Below, piece by piece: positions 25,001 through 36,223 of a stretch of DNA of 64,000 nucleotides; position 1 is the first letter of the stretch; every line of letters starts with the position of its first letter. The notes below the pieces were generated by a model. That model searched no databases and was not told the origin of the DNA. It saw only the letters and a program-made list of their open reading frames with translations. Origin of the DNA: Pristiophorus japonicus (taxonomy: Eukaryota). The stretch spans positions 26,846,001-26,910,000 of the forward strand of contig NC_091980.1 in NCBI RefSeq assembly GCF_044704955.1. The letters are read 5' to 3'. Made by a program: the position numbers and the translations under genes.

Positions 25001-26677
25001 TACCCCTGGCGACCACGGAAGGATCTGACGAACAGGACTGTGAGATAGTCATGGCAATCAATGCCTTTGAGTCCATAGGTTCGCCCATGATGGCTCGCCA
25101 AATCAGAGCCTGGACGGCTAGCGATCCCACGTTATCCTGAGTAAAAAGATGTGTCCCAACCGGTGACTGGGCAGAGGCTCACGATGCCTGCCCCGAGGAA
25201 TTAAAACCCTTTCACAGGCGCATGCATGAGCTATCACTACAAGCAGAATGCCTGATGTGGGGCAGCCGAGTTGTCATGCCTCTGCGAGACAGAGAGGCAT
25301 TTGTCCGGGAGCTCCACCGCGTGCACCCGGGGATCGTTCTCATGAAGGCCATAGCCAGATCCCACGCCTGGTGGCCTGGTATTGACGCGGACTTGGAGCT
25401 CTGCATCTGAAGGTGCACCATTTCTGCCCAACTCAGCAATGCCCCCAGTGAAGCTCCACTGAGCCCCTGGCCCTGGTCTACCAAACCGTGGTCGCAGGTG
25501 CACATAGACTATACGGGCCCATTCATGGGCAAAATGTTCCTCGTAGTTGTAGATGCATTTTCAAAGTGGATCGAATGCACCATTTTAAACTCGAGCACAA
25601 CCTCCATCACTATGGAGAGCCTCGCAACCATGTTTGCAACGCACGGAATCCCTGACATATTGGTCAATGACAATGGTCCGTGCTTCACCAGCGCAGAATT
25701 CCCAAGACTTTATAATTGACCACGGCATAAATCACATGAAGACGGCACCGTTCAAGCCGACCTCCAACGGCCAGACGGAGAGAGCAGTGGAAATCATTAA
25801 ACAAGGCATGCTTAAAATCCAATGCTGGCATACAGATCTCATCCGCACTCACTGACTGGGATCCCCCCGCGCAACTGTTGATAAAAAGGACTTTAAAAAC
25901 AAGGCTCTCATTAATCCTCCCAGACATGCACGAAATCGTTGAGGCAAAGCGACGTAAGCTGACTGAGTACTATGACAGAAATTCGAGGGGGAGATGGAAT
26001 GTGATAAGGGACAAAGTGTTTGTACTAAACTATGGCAGGGGTCCCAAATGGCTTGCAGGGGCAGTAACAGGCAAGGAAGGAAACAGGCTACTGGTAGTAC
26101 AAATGGACAATGGCAAAACCTGCCGGAGGCATGTAGACCAAGTCAAAAGCAACAACGCTGTGGAACCAGAGGCAGACTACAATGTGGAACTCTCACCACA
26201 CCTGGTGGACAGACAGAGGGAACAACCTGAGGAAAGGGCAATTCCAACAGACAGCCCACGCGAGTCAACAACAATCACACCAATCGAAACAGACAGCCCA
26301 GGTGAGATACCAGCAACCACACCCAAAGAAAAACAGACACCAAGGCAAACAACTGAACCACAACTCAGACGCTCCACACAAGAGCGTAGACCACCTGAGA
26401 GACTGAACCTATAAAGACAATAAGACCTTGGGGGAGGGTGATGTCATGTATCTTACATTATTATATGTAACTGCTATACATGACTGTAATAAGATATGGC
26501 CTGTAACCACCAGCATATTTTACCACCAGGGGTGCACTTGCAAGAGACAGGTATATAAGGACAGGTCTCAGGCAAGTGCAGCATTCCAGAGCTGTGAAAT
26601 AAAGGTGCAGGTCCAGAGTGACCTTGACTTCACTACATGCCTCGTGTGAATCTGTACTGAGGGGACAGGACTTTACA
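22017..26677 (+). mobile_element. Complete Gypsy (Mag-clade-like) LTR retrotransposon, degenerate
   Basis: LTRs 22017-22264 and 26442-26677 (TG...CA); TSD GTAGT; PBS tggcgacgag (tRNA-Ser type); Gag with tandem Cys/His knuckles; protease ELDTG; RT FQDD; RNase H; integrase; stops and frameshifts. Confidence 0.97.
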
Positions 26678-26830
26678 GTAGTTAGATTAAATTAAATCTT
26701 TATCTGTTACACAAAGCACTACAAGCATTGGAGGCAAAAGAATCTATAAAAGTGCTTCACAACAAATGTTCTTAGGATCCTCAGAGTGCTTCACTGTCGT
26801 GTAAGTCAATTGATCTTTATTTGTCTTTAG

Positions 26831-27112
26831 ACGCACCATGGAATCTCTCAATTACTTCTCGTGATACGATTAAAGATTCATTGATCAATATAAAAGAAGG
26901 GAATTCTGCAGTGATACTCTGCTCTGTTGAGAGCTTCCCAGCTTCTAACCTGACGTGGCAACATCTTGGTGTCACAATGAACAGAACAAGTTCCAACAAT
27001 GAGCTGTGGTTGGAGTTTTCTCACGTTACACCCAGGGTCGCTGGAGACTATCAGTGTGTGGCGGAGAATGGACATGGAGCAGTGGAGAGGGCCATAACCA
27101 TCACTGTGGAAC
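26831..27112 (+). CDS. Siglec Ig exon (domain 3)
   Basis: Acceptor ctttAG and donor GTGAGT; 282 nt, phase 1-1. Encodes YAPWNLSI...ILCSVESFPASNLTW...AGDYQCVAENGHG. Confidence 0.93.
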
Positions 27113-27736
27113 GTGAGTGTACAGATACTTTCACATCTCTCTCAATACAAACAAATGAATATCTACAGGAGATTGTGGAATTTACAAAAGCACACACATA
27201 CATTCTCCGCCTCTTCATCTTTCGCTACTCCTGTAAGACGCTCCTTAAAACCTTCCTCTTTGACCAAACATTTAGTCACCTGTCCTAATATGTAGCTCGG
27301 CAGTCAAATGTTATCTGAGTGTCTTAATGGAGGAGAAAGATACTGATAGGTTTAGGGAAGCAATTCCAGAGCTTAGGGCCTGTGCAGCTGAATGCACAGC
27401 TGCCAATGGGGGAACAAAGGGAATCAGGGATGTGCAAGATGCCAGAATTGGATGAACGCAGATATCTCAGAGAGTTATAGGACTGGAGGAGGTTACAGAG
27501 TATGGGGTTGGTGCCATGGAGAAACTTGAAGATGTGGAAGAGAATTTTAAATTTGAGGTGTTGCTGGACAGGAAACCAATGTAGGTCAGGGGCAAGAGGG
27601 GATGATGGGTGAATGGGACTTAGGAAGGGGCAACAGAGTTTTCGGATGAACTGACATTTAGGGACAGTGGAAGATGGGAGGGCCGGTCAGGAGAACATCA
27701 GAATTGCCTGTTGACTCACCTCTGGTCTTGTTCTAG

Positions 27737-28012
27737 ATTCACCCAAGGATACAACGGTGGCCATCAGCGGAGCCATGAGTGGAATAAGAGAGGGAAGCAA
27801 CATCACGTTAACCTGCTCCAGCAAAAGTGTCCCCCTTGCATCTAGTTATGCCTGGTTCAGGATCGGCAGAAACACGAGCGTACAGTTAAACACAAGTGCT
27901 CGGTCCATCCAGTTCGGTCCCATTGCACGGGAGACCGATGCCAGTTTCTACTGCACAGCGAGAAACCCATTGGGTAATGGCACATCCACCATTGTACACC
28001 TGAGTGTGGAAT
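27737..28012 (+). CDS. Siglec Ig exon (domain 4)
   Basis: Acceptor ttctAG and donor GTAAGT; 276 nt, phase 1-1. Encodes HSPKDTTV...EGSNITLTCSS...YAWF...DASFYCTARNPLG. Confidence 0.93.
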
Positions 28013-28519
28013 GTAAGTAGTTTACTCAATCTGTCTGTGAAGAGCTTACTTCCTGTCATCACCTTTCCAGTATCCACTTTTCCCGTTGTGTCCAGTGTCC
28101 ACATTTATAATGGACACTGCCTATGTAAACGTCACACTGTAATTACACCCTCCAACCAGTGAGTGATTGAAATCGGGGTTGCTCAGGAGGCCAGAATTGG
28201 AGGAGCGCAGAGATTTTGGAGGAATGTAGAGCTAGAGGAGGTTACAGAGGAGAAGGCGGGATAGTGGCGGGATGAAGTCATAGAGGGATTTGAAAATAAG
28301 TATCAGAATTTTAACATCGAGGCATTGCCAGACCGCAAGCCAATGTATGTGATTGAGCAATGGGGGTGAAGGGTGAACGGGACTTATGTGAGTTCGGACA
28401 CGGGCAACGGAGTTTCGGATGACTTCAAGTTTACGGAAGATGGAAGAGGCCGATCAGAAGTTCTTTGGAATAGTCAAGTCTTGAGGTAACAAAGGCATGG
28501 ATAAGAGTTTCAGTATTAC

Positions 28520-30330
28520 GATCAGATCAAAGCTCTGCAGTCCTGCCACATCCAGTCGTGAATGGTGGTGAACCATTAAACAACTAATGGAAGGAGGAGG
28601 CTCCATGAATAGCCCCATCCTCAATGATGGCGAAGCCCAGCGCGGAAGTGCAAAAGAGTGCTGAAGCGTTTGCAACTATTCTTCAGCCAGAAATGCTGAG
28701 TGGATGATCCATATTGGCCTCCTCCTGAGGTCCCCATCATTACAAAAGCCAGTCTTCAGCAAATTCGATTCACTACACATGGTATCAAGAAACTGCTGAG
28801 CGCACAGGATACAGCAAAGGCTATGGGCCTCGAAACATTCCGACTGTCATGCTGAAGACCTGTGCTCCAGAACTAGCCGCGCCTCTAGCCAAGCTGTTCC
28901 AGTACAGCTGCAACAGTGGCATCTATCCAACAATGTGGAAAACTGCCCAGGTATGTCCTCCACAAAAAGCAAAACAAATCTAATACAGACAATTACTGCC
29001 CATCTGTCTACTCTCAATTATCAGCAAAGTGATGGAAGGTATCGTTGAGAGTGCTATCAAGCGGCACTTACTTACGAATAACCTGTTCACCGATGCTCAG
29101 TTTGGGTTCCGCAGGACCACTCAGCCCCAGACCTCAATACAGCCTTGGTCCAAACATGGACAAAAGAGCTGAATTCCAGATGTGAGGTGAGAGTGACTGT
29201 CCTTGACATCAAGGTACCATTTGATCGAGTGTGGCATCAAGGAGACAGAGTAAAACTAAAGTCAATGGGAATCAGGGGGAAAATTCTCCAGTGGCTGGAG
29301 TCATATCTAGCACAAAGGAAGATGGTTGTGGTGGTTGGAGGTCAATCATTTCAGCCACAGGACATCACTGCAGGAGTTCCTCAGGGCAGCGACCTAGGCT
29401 CAAACATCTTGAGCTGCTTCATCAATAACCTTCCCTACATCATAAGGTCAGAAGTGGGGATGTTCACTGATGACGGCACAGTGTTCTGTTCCATTCACAA
29501 CTCGTCAGATAATGAAGCAGTCCATGCCCAAATGAAGAAAGACCTGGGTGACATTCAATCTTGGGGAGATAAGTAGCAAGTAACATTCACGCCACACATT
29601 GCTAGGCAATGACTATCTCCAACAAGCGAGAGTCTAACTACCGCCCCTTGAGATTAAACGGCATTACCATCGCCAAATCCCCGACCATCAACATCCTGGG
29701 TGCTCACCATTGACCAGAACCATAACTGGATCAGCCACATAAATACTGTGGCAACAAAAGCAGGTCAGAGGCTGGGTATTCTGCGGCGAGTGTCTCATCT
29801 CCTGACTCCCCAAAGCCTTTCCACCATCTACAAGGTACAAGTCAGGAGTGTGATGGAATACTCTCCACTTGCCTGGATGACTGTAGCTCTAACACACTCA
29901 AGACATTTGACACCATTGATTGGAACCCCAGCAACCACCTTAAACATTCACTCCCTCCATCACCAGCGTACCGTGGCTGCAGTATATATCACCTACTGGA
30001 TGCACTGCAGTAACTCGCCAAGGCTTCTTCAGCAGCAACTCCCAAACCCGCGACCTCTACCACCTAGATTGACAAGGGCAGCAGGCGCATGGAAACTCCA
30101 AGTTCCCTTCCAAGTTACATACCATCCTGACTTGGAAGATATTCTTCATCGTCACTGGATGAAAATCCTGGAACTCCCTACCTAACAGCACTGTGGGCAT
30201 ACCTTCACCACACGGACCGCAGCAGTTCAAGAAGGCAGCTCACCACCATCTTCCCAAGGGCAATTAGGGATGGGCAATAAATGCTGGCCTTGCCAGCAAT
30301 GCCCACATCCCAGTAATGATTTTTTTTTAA
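28520..30330 (+). mobile_element. Non-LTR retrotransposon, 5'-truncated (RTE-X/CR1-like family)
   Basis: PFDRVWHQG, AGVPQGS, MFTDD and YKVQVRSVMEYSPLAW motifs; 3' end gggcaataaatgctggcc...cccacatccc. Family assignment tentative. Confidence 0.85.
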
Positions 30331-30386
30331 ATCGTATGGTTTAATAATGCTATGATGTTGCCTAATTTATTGTCCTTATCCCTCAG

Positions 30387-30680
30387 ATAAGCCGGAAATT
30401 TCCCCCGAGTCAAAGTGCACTCGGAGGGCCGAGGGCATCACTTGCGTCTGTGCGGCCAGGTCCAACCCACCAGCAGACCTCACCTGGCACCTCCCCCTCA
30501 CCAACATCAGTGGAAACCAATCGATTGGCCAGTTTCTGGCATGGCGGATCAGCGCTGGACAGCTGGTGACTGGCTCTCTGACCCTGCTTGGACATCAGGG
30601 TGAGGAGGAACTGACGGTCTTCTGCTCAGTTAGAAACCAGCATGGAGAGGCCATGTTCAAGGTGTATCTGTGGGTCAAAG
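30387..30680 (+). CDS. Siglec membrane-proximal Ig exon (MAG domain-5-like)
   Basis: Acceptor ccctcAG and donor GTGAGA; 294 nt, phase 1-1. Encodes YKPEISPESKCTRRAEGITCVCAARSNPPADLTWHLP...VFCSVRNQHG. Not in the ORF track. Confidence 0.92.
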
Positions 30681-32068
30681 GTGAGAGCACCTCTCGGGAT
30701 AGAAATATAGAAACATAGAAAATAGGTGAAGGAGTAGGCCATTCGGCCCTTCGAGCCTGCACCGCCATTCAATAAGATCATGGCTGATCATTCACCTCAG
30801 GACCCCTTTCCTGCTTTCTCTCCATACCCCTTGATCCCCTTAACGATAAGGGCCATATCTAACTCCCTCTTGAATATATCCAATGAACTGGCATCAACAA
30901 CTCTCTGCGGCAGCGAATTCCACAGGTCAACAACTCTCTGAGTGAAGAAGTTTCTCCTCATCTCAGTTCTAAATGGCCTACCCCTTATCCTAAGACTATG
31001 TCCCCTGGTTCTGGACTTTCCCAACATGGAGAACATTCTTCCCGCATCTAACCTGTCCAGTCCCGTCAGAATCTTATATGTTTCTATGAGATCCCCTCTC
31101 ATCCTTCTAAACGCCAGTGAATAAAGGCCCAGTTGATCCAGTCTCTCCTCATATGACAGCCCAGCCATCCCTGGAATCAGTCTGATGAACCTTTGCTGCA
31201 CTCCCTCAATAGCAAGAACATCGTTCCTCAGACTAGGAGACCAAAACTGAACATAATATTCCAGGTTAGCCCACACCAAGGCCCTGTACAACTGCAGTAA
31301 GACCTCCCTGCTCCTATATTCAAATCCCCTGGCTATGAAGGCCAACATACCATTTGCCTTCTTTACCGCCTGCTGTACCTGCAAGCCCACTTTCAATGAC
31401 TGATGAACCATGATGTCGAAATCTCGACCTCCGAAAAGAATGACTCCGACACTTACAGCTCCGATAGAAGTTTCCTTTTTAATTTACTTGCTCGCAAGGG
31501 GTAGGTTTCACTCAGTCAAGGGCTAAATGAACACCTCCGCAATGGTACAGCTTCACAAGATATTTATACAGTAAAACCCAAGTTCTGGCCTCTCCCTGTG
31601 TATTGCTCTGTCTCACAGTCAGTGAATACAGATAAAGAGTTAATTACTATATCCTGGTCCTGACATGGTGTCAAGATATTTCCTTTTGTCAGGGTTATCA
31701 GAAAGCCAAACAGCCATTACTCCATGAGTCATAGGTAATGGGCTATCACCTGTCTTGTATTGTGTCAGGATTATCCAATTTCCTGGTCAGTTTACCTGTT
31801 TGCTTCAAATGGATGAGGTAAAGGAAAGAAATAATGGCTAGAAGATAAGGGTGGGGTGACATGGAACTCCTGTAGTGTAGACAATAGGAGAGCACCATGG
31901 GGGGTTACTTGTCTCAGCATGACTTGTCTCCTAGCTGTCTGATAACCATCAGCCATCTAACAGCAGGTTTAGCTGTTTATGCAAGCTGGCTGCTAAAATG
32001 CAGAAAGTTCTGGAAGGGCCAGGACTCCATTTTAATCAAAAGGCACACAAATACCGTATGGTATCAGC

Positions 32069-32713
32069 TTAGATAAAAATACATTTCCACATTCCCCCAT
32101 TTTGTCCTTCACAAGGACAACTCAATCCATTCTGATCTTGTACAGTCTCTCCATTTCCATTTTCTTTAGTTTCATTACTCACTAGGCATATTATACCTTC
32201 AGGATTTCCTATTCTGGGAGTAATGCTTAGGAAGGGAGGCTGATGGTTATTATCATAATTGGGCTGGTACCATCCCTGGAAGGCTGTAAGTTTATACCCT
32301 GCCGACCTCCATTCTGTTTGCTCCTTCGTTTCTGGCCCCTTAGTTAGTTTTGTCCTGTTTTGCACTGTCAACCATTCTACCATTTCTGATTCGTTAAAGG
32401 GGACAGATCTCAGGGGAATACCCCCCCTGGAGTGGACAGGTACATGGGAACATATCCAACAACTCGACAAGTTTCTTACTTGAGCATACCTATGACTCAG
32501 TGCCATAAATACGTTTACGTGCAATTCCCTTCGGTGGCGGGTCTGTACCCCTGGTGTAATCAATAATGTGAAGTAAAACCCTGTCAAGCCCAGCACCATC
32601 AGTCCCCATAGTCCATACAGTTCCTTATTCAGTCTTCCTTTTTCTGTTCCTCTGATTCCTTCGTCCCTTCCTCCTGGTCGGGTGCCCGTTTGCAATGGGA
32701 TGCGTGGATCCAT
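32069..32713 (-). CDS. env: Truncated ERV env (signal-like hydrophobic stretch and N-terminal SU with CWIC)
   Basis: 214-aa ORF with hydrophobic LWGLMVLGLTGFYFTLLI and SSCWIC; no TM subunit; stops inside the 3' LTR. Confidence 0.75.
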   Translation of the reverse strand: MDPRIPLQTGTRPGGRDEGIRGTEKGRLNKELYGLWGLMVLGLTGFYFTLLITPGVQTRHRRELHVNVFMALSHRYAQVRNLSSCWICSHVPVHSRGGIPLRSVPFNESEMVEWLTVQNRTKLTKGPETKEQTEWRSAGYKLTAFQGWYQPNYDNNHQPPFLSITPRIGNPEGIICLVSNETKENGNGETVQDQNGLSCPCEGQNGGMWKCIFI

Positions 32714-33690
32714 GTTGGTCTTTCCTTTACCTTGATTGCAGTATTGGTCGCCAGCAAGACCTGGTATGGTCCTTCGAATCTTGGCTGTAGACTGCTTTTC
32801 CTTTTAAAAATCTTGATGTAAACGAATTCCCCTGGCTCCAGGTTATGACACTTCCCTTCCGCTGGCTTGACTTGGGCTTCCTTTACCTGTGAATGAAAGC
32901 TGGAAATACATTTGGTTAGTGCAATACAATAATTCAACATATTTTCCTCCATTTTGTGGATGTCCATCTGTTTTGCAGTAAATGGTGCTGTAAAAGGTAG
33001 TCGTTGGGGACGTCCCATAACTATCTCATGCGGTGACAGGCCTGTTGTTCTGTTGGTTGCAGATCGCATTACCATCAAAGCTAAGGGCAGCAGTTCTGTC
33101 CATTTCAGTCCAGTGTCATTGCACAGTTTTGCCAGCTTATTTTTTAGCATTCCATTATATCTTTCAACAAGTCCAGCTGATTGTGGATGATAACTGCAAT
33201 GAAAACGTTGATTAATCTGTAAAGCTTTACACATTTCTCTTATAACAGTTCCCGTGAAATGTGACCCGTTATCACTGGAAAGCTTAGCAGGGATTCCGAA
33301 GCGCGGTACAATTTCTTTTAACAAACATTTAGCAACAGTAGTGGCATCGGCCTTTTTACATGGAAAGGCTTCAATCCATCTAGAGAACACATCTACAATA
33401 ACTAATACATACTTGGATCCCAGACACATAGGTAATTCAATAAAATCCATTTGTAAATGTACAAAAGGCCCGACTGGATTTGGGTGGGAGGCAGATTCTA
33501 CTTTTTCCGTCTTACCCGGATTCATTGTCTGACAGGTAACACAATTTTCGCAGATTTGTTTTGCAATTGCCGAAATACCTGGTGCATACCAAGTTGCCAA
33601 AATATAATCTGCCAATCCCCCTTTGCCTGCATGTGTGAATGTATGAACACATCGGGCAATCCATGGAAGTAAGGATCTAGGGGCCACCAC
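32629..33690 (-). CDS. pol: ERV integrase (open 353-aa frame)
   Basis: HTFTH...CVTC zinc motif; QMDF, SDNG and AGLVERYN catalytic DDE; FEGPYQV motif. Confidence 0.9.
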   Translation of the reverse strand: MVAPRSLLPWIARCVHTFTHAGKGGLADYILATWYAPGISAIAKQICENCVTCQTMNPGKTEKVESASHPNPVGPFVHLQMDFIELPMCLGSKYVLVIVDVFSRWIEAFPCKKADATTVAKCLLKEIVPRFGIPAKLSSDNGSHFTGTVIREMCKALQINQRFHCSYHPQSAGLVERYNGMLKNKLAKLCNDTGLKWTELLPLALMVMRSATNRTTGLSPHEIVMGRPQRLPFTAPFTAKQMDIHKMEENMLNYCIALTKCISSFHSQVKEAQVKPAEGKCHNLEPGEFVYIKIFKRKSSLQPRFEGPYQVLLATNTAIKVKERPTWIHASHCKRAPDQEEGTKESEEQKKED

Positions 33691-36205
33691 GCGGCCGTCA
33701 TGGTGAACCCATATTCCTTCTGGATTTTATAACATTGATCCTTCGTCCAGGTCACCACCTCCTCCGTACCGGCCTGTGTCTGAAAGGCCAGCACGTCATT
33801 AATAGTGGGTGGCGGGTCTGAGCAATTATTTTTCCTTAGTGGGAACAATGACACCTGCATCCCCCCTTTCGACAGAGCTGCTGACTTAGCTGCATTATCA
33901 GCTCTGGCATTCCCCAGTGCCACCTCATCCGACTGGCCTGTATGTGCTTGGCATTTGATAATGGCAAGTTTCAAAGGGCATTGAATGGCTCGCAGGAGAT
34001 TTTCCACTTGTTCTGCATTTTTGATTGTCTGAGCCTGTTGCATAGCATAATAAGCTGCTGCCAACGAAGGAAGACATCCTGGTAGTCCGCGTGCCACTGG
34101 GTCTAGTTGGGTACTGAAATATGCTACCGGTCGCTGCCTGTCCCCATGTAACTGAGTCAAAACAGATTGTGCAAAACCCGACTTGTGATGCACAAATAAG
34201 TTGAATAGCTTAGTGTAATCTGGTAATCCCAAGGCTGGTGCTGAAGTGAGGGACTGCTTAAGGTTCTGGAAAGCATTCCGGGATACTTCATTCCACATCC
34301 TTTAAGCATTGTGAGAATATTTGTGTGGGCTTCTGAACTGGACAAATCTGTGTGTTACACGGACTTCTCATTTATGCTTATGGTGATTCACAGATCACAG
34401 AATGTAAAGTACTTGTTTTCTAATTTTATTAAAAGGCTTCCAAACCCAAGATTTTTCCAATACACCCAAAATGTTGATCAAGAGATCACCTGAAATATCT
34501 CAAAATCCCAATTCAACTATTGTACTGTCACTCTTTATCAAAAAAAATCCTCTTACTGAGCTAGAAGCTTTTGTACCAAGAATTTACACCAAGGACAATG
34601 AGAGTGTACTCCCCCAGCCTGCACCTCGAGAGACCCACAAAGGCTTTTTTAAAAAAAAAGGCATTACAACTTTTAACCACCGGGACCATGTCTCAACAAA
34701 CCTATCCTTTGTGCATTTCCTAGCTCCGTAACCTCTCATCCGAATAAATCCACACCTGCGCTTCTAACTTAAAATGTCTTAAACTTCCCACATACAGGAC
34801 AACACTATGAAGGGTTAAAAAAACTTCACTTTGTTTGAAAAAGTGGGTGGAGCTAAAACAAACAGGCAGTTCCACAACCTTTCCAAACAGGTTTCCAGAC
34901 ACAAGGAAAAAAGACAGAAGCACTCTCATTCAAAGACAAGACATTCACGCACTCTCATTGAAAGACAAGATATTCACAAGTCTCTCTCCATTCAATAAAG
35001 CTTTTTCTTTTGCTAGCTTCATTTTTTTTTAAATCCATAAGTCACTATCAGGTTCTCTTTTTTTTTTACATTTGATTTACTTCCTCTGTTAATTTTACAT
35101 GGACTTGAAGAATCGGAACCCAGGCCTTTTCTATTACTTTCCTTTTTTTTTCTACCTGGATCTCTGTTTATAAGACACTCCTGGAGACAAGTTGTTCTCT
35201 CTAAATTAAATGAACCATCGGGTGGAAATGGCCTGTTTTCACCCTTAGTCCACTTTACCGTTTTTGTTTCTTTGGTCAATTGAAGACTGACCACAATTCT
35301 GGAGCATGACATAGGCTGGTGTGCCTTTTGTGGTGTTTTAACTTGCTCCGGCACCCATTCTGGATGATTAAGATTTTCCCACAGTTTCTGATCTCACAAT
35401 CCTTTCAGCCAACTGAGTTCTCTACGCCCACTTCTCCTGGCCGTTACGTGGCCTGAAAAGGCTCTTAATTCGGGCTCAGTCTGGGTGTATGAGATATGTT
35501 GGCACGAACCAATCGTAGTTGATCAATCAGTTACTGTTTCTTTTCCTAATCAATCCTTGTGTTTTTTTTTTTTTCGAATCACAACTTTCCCTAGTGACTC
35601 TTCCCGTTTCTCTAATGGCAATGACTCATAAAGGTATTGCACACGACAGTAATACAAGGACAACAAACAATATTCCCGTGAGTACACAAATCATAACCTC
35701 TAAACAAATTCTCAGTCTGCGTTGTACGCCACTACAGACCGAGTCCTTAACTTATCCTAATAACAGCTGATAAAACTTAAGGTTCCGTACCCAAACTCTT
35801 TGATCGATTGCGCTCTTTTTTTTTTATAGTCTTATCACATAAGAACCCCTTCCGAATTAAAAACAATAAAAATCTTATCACATAAGAACCTGGAACCTTT
35901 TTCGATCGACTAGCGCTCCCTTACCTACTGAAACCTTCCCCGGGCTGTCTCGAGGTTTTTTTTCCAGAACCTGTTCTCTTCTGCTGGCGAGCTGAGAAAG
36001 AAATGGTTATAAAAAAAATACCTTTAACTTTTAAATGCCGAGTCTTGTAGATGCAGTACCTCAGCTGTGGACAACAGATTACATCTGCGATTCAACAGTG
36101 AAGAAACCTCTTGTGAGCAAAGGCTCACCTTGTTTGGCCACCGAAGCCTTTCACTGGAGAGGCACTATGCCTGTATCCGTTTTACTCACAGGACAGAGAG
36201 TATGC

Positions 36206-36223
36206 ATCTCGGTGGAACCTCCA
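36206..36223 (-). promoter_or_regulatory. Primer-binding site, tRNA-Gln
   Basis: TGGAGGTTCCACCGAGAT on the - strand, complementary to the vertebrate tRNA-Gln 3' end; 5 nt from the 5' LTR. Confidence 0.9.
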
